From IMG/VR virus record IMGVR_UViG_3300020045_013430, positions 1 to 38,736 of that record: a stretch of 38,736 nt of DNA. The stretch is one strand, 5' to 3'. Position 1 is the stretch's first letter; every line of letters begins with the position of its first letter. The notes beneath the pieces were generated by a model. The model saw only the letters and a list, made by a program, of their open reading frames with translations. It ran no database searches and had not been told where the DNA came from. A program made the translations under genes and the position numbers. Of the stretch, positions 1 to 7,152 are shown piece after piece. Source of the DNA: a virus (taxonomy: Duplodnaviria; Caudoviricetes).

Positions 1-28
1 GTTGCAGGAGATGATGAGCGATGCGTAA
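1..28 (+). CDS. 3' end of a truncated upstream gene (…LQEMMSDA*)
   Basis: Open frame ending in TAA at 26-28 and overlapping the next start at 21. Confidence 0.4.
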
Positions 29-215
29 GAAGACTCTGTATGTGCTGGTATATCACAATATGCTCAGTGGCCAGAATTCAGTGTGCAGGCTGGATGCTGA
101 CCCATCAAGAGTCTACGCAGACATATATAGAGAGTGCGCGAAGACTAGGAGAGGTCTGCAAAAGCTGTTCCCTGATGCAGTCTACAAAATCTACAGACTA
201 GAAGAGGTGGCATAG
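21..215 (+). CDS. hypothetical protein, 64 aa
   Basis: AGGAG upstream; stop abuts the GTG start at 216. Confidence 0.7.
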   Translation: MRKKTLYVLVYHNMLSGQNSVCRLDADPSRVYADIYRECAKTRRGLQKLFPDAVYKIYRLEEVA

Positions 216-1028
216 GTGCTGCTGGTTGATGTAGCTGAGCCTGACGATATTGTGAGACTGCTGAAACAGTCAGTCGACGTGACAGTGATTCCACTCAACC
301 AGTCGAGTCGAGCTGACTACTACTTCGGTGGCGACGAGACGAAGACTATCCAGTTCAACAGAGTTCAGGCGGGTGAGTTGCTGGGGAATATCGACAGTAT
401 GGAAGATGAGCTGAGGAGATACTACTGCTCGGCCGATGTCAGTAATATGGTTGTGGAAGGGGTGATATCAGATGCACCTATCACCAGACGCGACAAGAGC
501 ATCGAGAGCATTAGTGTGAGGTTGCAGGCGCGACCCAATACACTCTTTGCCTATTCTGTAGCCGCGAATGGCTATATCTTTAACGAACACTCGTATGAGG
601 TGAGTGCGGATAAGCTGTTCGCGTGGTACTATAGGTTGAAAGAGGCTGGGGTTGCAACCTTCAATACATGGAACTATGTAGGGACAGCGAAGCTGCTAGT
701 GTCTGTATACCACAATACTCAGAAACCTCTCGACTCTCACACTACACTGAACCGCTACTACATCCCTCGCATCACGCTAGGTGAGTATGATGAGGAGGGG
801 AAGAAACTGTCGATACGGCAGCAGAATCCCTTTATCAGAAGTCTGATGGCGCTGAGCATAATCAACAGATGTGATGTGGGGGAGAAGAGAGCGACAGCAC
901 TGTATAAGGCGGGCTATCATTCGCTGTACGACCTGTCCTTTGCAAGTGTGAAGGAGCTGATGAGGGTAGATGGAATAGGGAAGGCGGCTGCGGAGAAGTT
1001 GCTGACCATGATTGGAGTAGAGTTATGA
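216..1028 (+). CDS. XPF/ERCC4(Mus81/Hef)-like nuclease with C-terminal helix-hairpin-helix
   Basis: LLVDVAE…ADY…MVVEG pattern of the ERCC4 domain; C-terminal ASVKELMRVDGIGKAAAEKL HhH motif; GAGGT RBS. Confidence 0.75.
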   Translation: MLLVDVAEPDDIVRLLKQSVDVTVIPLNQSSRADYYFGGDETKTIQFNRVQAGELLGNIDSMEDELRRYYCSADVSNMVVEGVISDAPITRRDKSIESISVRLQARPNTLFAYSVAANGYIFNEHSYEVSADKLFAWYYRLKEAGVATFNTWNYVGTAKLLVSVYHNTQKPLDSHTTLNRYYIPRITLGEYDEEGKKLSIRQQNPFIRSLMALSIINRCDVGEKRATALYKAGYHSLYDLSFASVKELMRVDGIGKAAAEKLLTMIGVEL

Positions 1029-1195
1029 GATTGTTTAGGTGTCAACAGAGTATACATGGTGAGTATGATGAGGAGGACTTGTATGAGCTGGTGCTGCATG
1101 TGCTGAAAGATGTGCAAGGGATAGACGAGCTGGACCTCGAGGTGTCGGAACTGCGGGAAATACGAGAGTCGGTAAAGGATTGGATGAAGTCATGA
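1025..1195 (+). CDS. small acidic hypothetical protein, 56 aa (MRLFRCQQSIHGEYDEEDLYELV…)
   Basis: Not in the ORF track; ATGA overlaps with both neighbours; GGAG upstream. Confidence 0.65.
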   Translation: MRLFRCQQSIHGEYDEEDLYELVLHVLKDVQGIDELDLEVSELREIRESVKDWMKS

Positions 1196-1995
1196 GTAGG
1201 GTGTTTGCTGAACAGTACGGAAGAGATGAGAAGGGCAGGATTCTCTTCCCGCACGATACGCAGCTGAGACGAAAGCTGTTCCCCTACACTGACCCTGCTG
1301 AGCATGTGGCGAAGGCAAATATGCTGGCGGTGGAGGAGCTGGTGCTGTATGTGAGTGAGGAGGGGGAGACAATTCTCGACCCGTTCGGAGGGACTGGAAC
1401 TATCATGGTAGCCGCAACGCACAACAGGAAGGTGATTATGATAGAACTGGTCGATACCTTTGTAGACACAATTGGGCTGAATCTGATCGGCATAAAGCAG
1501 ACCTATCCTGCAGCTGAGGACTTGACTGTGCTGATACCAGGCGATGCGGCTAGTGTGCTGCCGATAAAGGACTTCTGCAACCATGCAATTTTCAGCCCGC
1601 CCTACCCGATGGGGTTGAAGAAGAAGGGCGCGATGGATAAGACGAGTAAGGACTTGGGGTATACTCATGCGGCTGAGTACTCGGAGGACATGAGGAACTT
1701 CACAAACCTCAACACCTTCATGTATCACCAGAAGGTGGAGCAGTTCTATAAGAAAGTCTATGATAGTCTGACTGCGGGAGGAACTATGACTATCATCATC
1801 AAGGACCATATGGAGGGAGGGAAGAGGTTGATGCAAGCGGAGAGGACAATAAGGGACTGCGAGAGAATTGGGTTTGTGACGGAGGAGCGATTCCAGTGGT
1901 ATGCAAGAGGCGGAGGGTACAGCGCTATCAATAGAGCAGCTGGACTAGACACAGTGGACGAAGAAGACTTGATTGTGTTCAGGAAGGTAGCATGA
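1192..1995 (+). CDS. amino-DNA methyltransferase, probably m4C (orphan)
   Basis: SAM-binding motif I ILDPFGGTGT, then catalytic motif IV IFSPPY; start chosen at the ATGA overlap. Confidence 0.88.
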   Translation: MSRVFAEQYGRDEKGRILFPHDTQLRRKLFPYTDPAEHVAKANMLAVEELVLYVSEEGETILDPFGGTGTIMVAATHNRKVIMIELVDTFVDTIGLNLIGIKQTYPAAEDLTVLIPGDAASVLPIKDFCNHAIFSPPYPMGLKKKGAMDKTSKDLGYTHAAEYSEDMRNFTNLNTFMYHQKVEQFYKKVYDSLTAGGTMTIIIKDHMEGGKRLMQAERTIRDCERIGFVTEERFQWYARGGGYSAINRAAGLDTVDEEDLIVFRKVA

Positions 1996-3671
1996 CTGTA
2001 ACTTATTACGGACATCAGCTACAATCGGAGCGGCTGATGATGGAACAGCTTGTCACCTCGCCGCCACCTATTATTGCTATTGATACAGAAACAATCAGTC
2101 TGAAAGAACGGCTGCCGATAGGGTTTGCGATTGCAGTGTCACCTACTGAAGCGTGGTGGTTCAGCTCGTATCCTGAGAAAGACAGTGAGTTGGAGATGCT
2201 GTCGGGACTGCTGCAGAACCCAGCTATTCTCAAAGTGTACGCTAATGTGATGTTTGATGTGAGGGTGCAGCCACTCATCTTTCAGCATTTCCAGGTTGAC
2301 GAGACGAATATAGTGGACGTGCTGGTGATGGCACGGATACTTGGGCATACTAAGGCGGCGGTGGGAGAACTGGCGGTGCATATAGGGAGAGTGGCACAGG
2401 ATGCGAAGGAACTGCTGGACGAGTACGGAGTTAGTACGATGCTGCAATTACCCGCTGAGGTGGTGGCAGCGAAGTGTGCTAACGATGCTATGGTGACACT
2501 AGACCTGTACCACAACTTCAAGCCACAAGTCGATGCGATTGAGGGACTGTCGGATGACTACATGACAGTAGAGAGTGGAGTCGTGCCAGTGCTGGTGGAC
2601 ATGAGTCAAAGAGGTCTGGCGATAGACGAAGCAGCTCGGGCGAAGCTAGAACTGAAGATGGAGAGCGACAGAGACTTCTATCGTGGACTGTGTGAGCAAC
2701 ATGACTTCAATCCAGGGAGTGGGCAGCAGACAGGCTATGTGCTGGCGAAGAGAGGCAATTTCCTCCCTTTCACCAAGTCCAGGAAACAGCTGATGACAAA
2801 TGAGGATACGCTGGAATTAGTCGATGACCCTATAGCGGCAGCAGTGTTAGGGTATAAGAGGGCCACCAGTATCCTCACCAAGTACCTCTATCCACTGAGA
2901 GGCAAGGACAGGCTCTACACGAACTACGGACTAGACACAGAGGTCGGGAGGACGAAGAGCAGCGACTTCAACATGCAGAACATTCCGGCAGAGAAGAGCA
3001 AGGTTGGAGTAGATGTGAGACACATCTTTGTGCCGGACAGCGGAGTCTTCACAACAGGCGACTACTCTCAGGAGCATCTGAGAATTCTGATGCACTTCTC
3101 AGGAGACCGAGAAATGCAACAAGTGTACTATGAGGGGAAGGATGGAGGAGACATCCATGCGTCAACGGCGAAGAAGATTGGAAAACCTCGCCCGATTGCG
3201 AAGGCTGTGAACTTCATCATTCCGTACGGGAAGGATGAGAGGGTGCTGGCGCAGAAGCTCAGAACAACTAATATCAAGTGGTGCATGGAGCTGATTGATG
3301 ATTGGCTGGACGCATATCCTGACGCAGCACAATGGCTGATAGCGGCGGAGAAGTATGCACTGAGAACTAGCAAAGCGCTACCAACTCTGTTCGGGCGGCA
3401 GATAGCAGTGCCGGAAGAGCTGACCAAGTGGGGCAAGATAGACACCAAGTCGATGGGAAGAAAGGGTGTGAACTACCCGATACTGGGCAGTGATGGTGAG
3501 GTGATGAAGAGGGCGCTGATTATATGCGCAAAAAAGCATCTACCACTAGCTGTGCAGGTCCATGACTCGATTACTTGTGATGGTGATATAGTCTTTCCAA
3601 TTAGTGAGCTGGAGAGTCTCGCGCCTGTGAGGATGCCGTTTCAGGTGGATAAGGGAAGTAGATGGAAGTAG
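1992..3671 (+). CDS. polA: family A DNA polymerase with 3'-5' exonuclease domain
   Basis: ExoI IAIDTET, ExoII NVMFD, NMQNIP, motif A DYSQEHLR, motif B RPIAKAVNFIIPYG, motif C QVHDS. Confidence 0.95.
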   Translation: MTVTYYGHQLQSERLMMEQLVTSPPPIIAIDTETISLKERLPIGFAIAVSPTEAWWFSSYPEKDSELEMLSGLLQNPAILKVYANVMFDVRVQPLIFQHFQVDETNIVDVLVMARILGHTKAAVGELAVHIGRVAQDAKELLDEYGVSTMLQLPAEVVAAKCANDAMVTLDLYHNFKPQVDAIEGLSDDYMTVESGVVPVLVDMSQRGLAIDEAARAKLELKMESDRDFYRGLCEQHDFNPGSGQQTGYVLAKRGNFLPFTKSRKQLMTNEDTLELVDDPIAAAVLGYKRATSILTKYLYPLRGKDRLYTNYGLDTEVGRTKSSDFNMQNIPAEKSKVGVDVRHIFVPDSGVFTTGDYSQEHLRILMHFSGDREMQQVYYEGKDGGDIHASTAKKIGKPRPIAKAVNFIIPYGKDERVLAQKLRTTNIKWCMELIDDWLDAYPDAAQWLIAAEKYALRTSKALPTLFGRQIAVPEELTKWGKIDTKSMGRKGVNYPILGSDGEVMKRALIICAKKHLPLAVQVHDSITCDGDIVFPISELESLAPVRMPFQVDKGSRWK

Positions 3672-3696
3672 ACTAGCAGCTCATGAGGGTGAGAGT

Positions 3697-3731
3697 TAGA
3701 GCCAGGCAGGAAGTGGTCTTGTCTGGCTCTA
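3697..3731. terminator. hairpin between the convergent replication and virion arms
   Basis: TAGAGCCAGGCAGGA-AGTGG-TCTTGTCTGGCTCTA, a 15-bp stem including G-U pairs. Confidence 0.7.
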
Positions 3732-3738
3732 GTTGTCT

Positions 3739-5598
3739 CTACTGACTCCGCTGACCGAGAGTGTAGGTAGGTGCGATTTGGTGAGGACTTCCCCAGATTG
3801 CCCACGCTTCATTTCGTCTCTCAGCACCTTCTGCATTGAGCCGGTCGGCAGCGGCCTGACACGAAGTAGCTGCGGCAAGGTAAGTTGTGGCTGTCTGGAT
3901 GTAGCGGTCGAGGTCAGCTATGCCACTGTCAGCTGCAGCTTGATATGCGATTGCGGCCTGGAGTCGCTTCTCTATTTGCAGTAAATATGCCGACCCCTGC
4001 TCGATGAAGATGCGAGCAACTGCACCCCAGCCGCCTATCGCCTGGTTGACGTAGCTGTTCAGCAACTCAATGCGAGAATTGGCTTCCTGAATGTAGGCTG
4101 TGGCGTTGTTGAGGCGGGCAGAGGCTGCGGCAATTCTCATCTGGGCTACAGTAGCCTTCGCCTGTGCCATGGCGGTGTAGTTCTCCGCCACATTAGCTCC
4201 AACATTGACAGTATTGATGAAGTCGTCGCCAGTATCTATCAGGGTTGCACTTGCATCAAGAACTGGCTCAGCTCCAGTTGTGGCCTTATCGAGTGAGACA
4301 GTCTCTACTTTGCCTGCTGCTGTGCTGGCAGCGTTAACTGCAGCGAGGATAGCTGTTCGCAGTCCAAGTATGTCAGTTGTGATTTTGGTGAGCCAGTACT
4401 TCGCATTCTCATTCGTGTTATCCTCAAGATAGGTAATTACCTTCGCGAATGCAGCTACTGCAAGTGCGTGAGTGTCAGTGAGTGGGGTGCCAAGAATAGT
4501 CCTCACACTACCCCTATCTGTCACAATCTGACTATGTATGTCGGTGAGTGAGGTGAGGGCTGTTCTTGCGCTGGCTTGGTCAGTAAGTGCTTGTTGCTCA
4601 AGTTGCAGCGCCTTCATGAACAGTGCATAGGCAGAGGCGGCTAGCTCAACTGTGCAGTCTAGTACAGCTGGATAGGTTGCGGCTGCTCGTGTGGAAGGTG
4701 AGATGTGAGAGGCGAGGTAGTAGATGATAAGATGCTCTGCGTCAGACAGTTCTGCCTGCGACTGTACACCGCCAGTAAGAGTCAGCACATTGTCCCACAC
4801 TTCGAACTGAGAGAAGTCCTGCGGAACAGAGCCCACAGGATATTCGACTCGCTCTACTCTGATGCAGTCGCGGAGAAGCGCTGACAGGTCGATGGCAAGG
4901 CGGCTCTTTGTATAGGCAATAGAGTAGGCAGTTGAGGCGACCATAGTACCGCCAGACTTCATGGCTATCCTGCCGCCTGCATAGTCCATGATGTAGTCGG
5001 TGTCGAGAGTATAGTTGGTGATGGCAGCAGTATCGACCTTGATTGGCTTGTTTGCCAGACTGACGAACACGCCTAAATGAGTCCCTACTCCTACACTCAG
5101 CACATCACTGGCACCATTACCAGCTATCTCGTCAATCTCAACCTCAGTAATGTAAGAGAAGTATACCAGGCCGGTCTGGACCAGCCCACCGCCCAAATAG
5201 AAGCTCTCCTCAACATACTTCGAGTCCTCGTCATAACCTTTGACTATGAGGGTCAGCTTGGAGATGGAGCTGTTGGAGTCAGTGATTGTAACCAGTACTG
5301 GCCTCGGTACATCTGGAACAGTTGAGGCAAGAGTGCAGGTGTCTCCACTTACAGATGCTGAGATGTTCTTCGCATTAACGATGGAGGTGGCTGAGGTGAC
5401 AGCAGGTGTGGTGAAGGATTCAGCTGTGACCTCTGCATCAACAGTCACATCTTTCCGCAGTTCTCTAGGTATGAATCGGGAGAGGTCAGCTACAGCCCTC
5501 TCCACACAGCGGGTGAGTTCTGCGTCTGACCATACAGCGCCCGAGTCCTTCAGGTCCAGTCGAAGGTCTGACAGATATGTTGTGAGTGTCTTGCCCAT
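3739..5598 (-). CDS. virion protein; head-tail adaptor-like N-terminus, beta-rich insert, long Ala-rich helical C-terminus
   Basis: N-terminal LSDLRLDLKD…WSDAELTRCVERAV pattern typical of adaptor proteins; last gene of the structural arm. Confidence 0.6.
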   Translation of the reverse strand: MGKTLTTYLSDLRLDLKDSGAVWSDAELTRCVERAVADLSRFIPRELRKDVTVDAEVTAESFTTPAVTSATSIVNAKNISASVSGDTCTLASTVPDVPRPVLVTITDSNSSISKLTLIVKGYDEDSKYVEESFYLGGGLVQTGLVYFSYITEVEIDEIAGNGASDVLSVGVGTHLGVFVSLANKPIKVDTAAITNYTLDTDYIMDYAGGRIAMKSGGTMVASTAYSIAYTKSRLAIDLSALLRDCIRVERVEYPVGSVPQDFSQFEVWDNVLTLTGGVQSQAELSDAEHLIIYYLASHISPSTRAAATYPAVLDCTVELAASAYALFMKALQLEQQALTDQASARTALTSLTDIHSQIVTDRGSVRTILGTPLTDTHALAVAAFAKVITYLEDNTNENAKYWLTKITTDILGLRTAILAAVNAASTAAGKVETVSLDKATTGAEPVLDASATLIDTGDDFINTVNVGANVAENYTAMAQAKATVAQMRIAAASARLNNATAYIQEANSRIELLNSYVNQAIGGWGAVARIFIEQGSAYLLQIEKRLQAAIAYQAAADSGIADLDRYIQTATTYLAAATSCQAAADRLNAEGAERRNEAWAIWGSPHQIAPTYTLGQRSQ

Positions 5599-5602
5599 GT
5601 CA

Positions 5603-5752
5603 TTACTCCATGCTATAGTATAGTAGTGCAGGTGTACCGGCTGGATGACTGTAATAGTAATGCACTGTGACTGGCGGGGTTAGATCGTGCTGGCACCAGT
5701 AACACAGGCCGGAACTGTTTGCTGTGAATTTCAGACACTTCGGGCAGGTCAT
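5603..5752 (-). CDS. small zinc-ribbon protein, 49 aa (MTCPKC…CYWC)
   Basis: Not in the ORF track; ATGA overlap with the upstream gene; two CxxC pairs. Confidence 0.55.
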   Translation of the reverse strand: MTCPKCLKFTANSSGLCYWCQHDLTPPVTVHYYYSHPAGTPALLYYSME

Positions 5753-6123
5753 TTGAGATAGTCCAGTTTTCCTGCCGTCTCAGTAGCCTGTTTCAGCGCA
5801 TCCTCGGCAGTGACCTCAATAGCGTCTACTCGCTTGTCCAATGCGATATGCTGTTTAGGACATACCATAGTCATAAACGCCTTGATGTCCGCTATGTCCT
5901 GCCGTATCTCGCCGTTCTTGGTGCCGAGATGCCGCTCCATAGATAGTGATACGGCCTCGCTCACTGCCTGACGTATGGATGCAGCAGTGCTCTCCTTGCG
6001 GCGCTCTACAAGTTCTGTAGCCTGTCTGCGCTTGTAGGTAATGTGCGTTGCAAGTGCGCCTACAGCACCACTACCCAGTCCAACGCCAAGTGCTAACATT
6101 CCTTTAGTTAGTTCCGCATCCAT
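5749..6123 (-). CDS. single-TM plus coiled-coil membrane protein (holin/antiholin-like)
   Basis: Hydrophobic Gly-rich N-terminal helix followed by a charged helix; adjacent to the holin. Confidence 0.6.
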   Translation of the reverse strand: MDAELTKGMLALGVGLGSGAVGALATHITYKRRQATELVERRKESTAASIRQAVSEAVSLSMERHLGTKNGEIRQDIADIKAFMTMVCPKQHIALDKRVDAIEVTAEDALKQATETAGKLDYLK

Positions 6124-6129
6124 ACGTTC

Positions 6130-6432
6130 CTACACTACCTGCGCAGGCGGCTTCAACTTTGCCTCTACCTTGCCCTCCACCTTCTCCCAGATGGTGGTGT
6201 AGAACGTGGATGCCGTGGCGAAGATGATTGCTGAGTCGCGCAGGATTGAGTTGAGTGAGATAGGACTATCAATAGCTATCAGCTGCACCACCTCCTGCCC
6301 GACAGCCGCCGCTGCCGACACTGCGACTGCCAGCAATGCCTTTTGCGCTGTGGTCCAGCTGCACCTCTTCAGCCATGTAACAAAGGCAGGGACAGCAAAC
6401 CCTAGCAGAATTGCCCAGACTTCCATTGACAC
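6130..6432 (-). CDS. holin-like membrane protein
   Basis: 100 aa, 2-3 hydrophobic segments, charged C-terminus; GGAGG RBS. Confidence 0.7.
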   Translation of the reverse strand: MSMEVWAILLGFAVPAFVTWLKRCSWTTAQKALLAVAVSAAAAVGQEVVQLIAIDSPISLNSILRDSAIIFATASTFYTTIWEKVEGKVEAKLKPPAQVV

Positions 6433-6444
6433 AGTAAGTACCTC

Positions 6445-6972
6445 CTAATATAATTTCGGGTAGTAGAGCTTCAGTTTCTCCGGCACCTTGTCTCCGAGGT
6501 ATCTGTACAGCTCAGCGTGGCCTTCAACGGGACTGCTGGCTGCATAGGGATGCAGAGAATAGACAAGCTGCACCAGCCTATTCTTCATCACAGACTGCAA
6601 TGCTGCTGGCCATGTGTCTTTGAGTGACTGGTGAAGGAATGAGTAGCTGTTATGCGCCTGCTCGTGTGCAATTACGCCAGGGTTGAACCACGGAGCTAGA
6701 CATGCCAGGTGCCTGACTGTGCCGTCACTCCAGGTAGCGCCTGGTGTTGCAGGATTCAAGCCTCCATCTACCATTGACTGCGGCCACGCATCATAGACCT
6801 GTATGATGATGCTAGCCTCCCAATCCTCTCTATACTGCACAGGTACAGCATATCTCTCCATCCATGCACCAAAGATTGCCGGAATGGAGATGGCGAGAAG
6901 AGTCTGAGCAGGGTCGGGAGGCTCTTCAGGATGAGTCAGGACTGGTGGCTGCCTCTTCCGCCATCTACACAT
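6445..6972 (-). CDS. HExxH zinc metallopeptidase-like protein
   Basis: VIAHEQAH, with downstream YA…PVEGHAE as a likely third-ligand motif. Confidence 0.7.
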   Translation of the reverse strand: MCRWRKRQPPVLTHPEEPPDPAQTLLAISIPAIFGAWMERYAVPVQYREDWEASIIIQVYDAWPQSMVDGGLNPATPGATWSDGTVRHLACLAPWFNPGVIAHEQAHNSYSFLHQSLKDTWPAALQSVMKNRLVQLVYSLHPYAASSPVEGHAELYRYLGDKVPEKLKLYYPKLY

Positions 6973-7132
6973 TAGGTTTTGCCTTCAGCAGACTTGCCAG
7001 CAATCTCAGCTCCCCCTCGAATCTCAGCGCCTCATTGACCTTTTCAGCCCGCTGGAGGTCGAGCATCTGAATCTCCTGTACGAGTGCTTGGTGAGCTGCA
7101 CGAACTTCGGATTGTCTAATAGCTATATCCAC
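6965..7132 (-). CDS. small coiled-coil protein, 55 aa (MDIAIRQSEVRAAHQ…)
   Basis: Not in the ORF track; GTG start with AAGGGAG RBS; fills the gap between genes. Confidence 0.6.
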   Translation of the reverse strand: MDIAIRQSEVRAAHQALVQEIQMLDLQRAEKVNEALRFEGELRLLASLLKAKPNV

Positions 7133-7152
7133 TCAAGTCTCCCTTCAATTAA

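Noticed and set aside
1042-1836. 264-aa minus-strand ORF and other antisense ORFs in the track
   Set aside because: Shadow frames of well-supported genes, with no motifs or RBS
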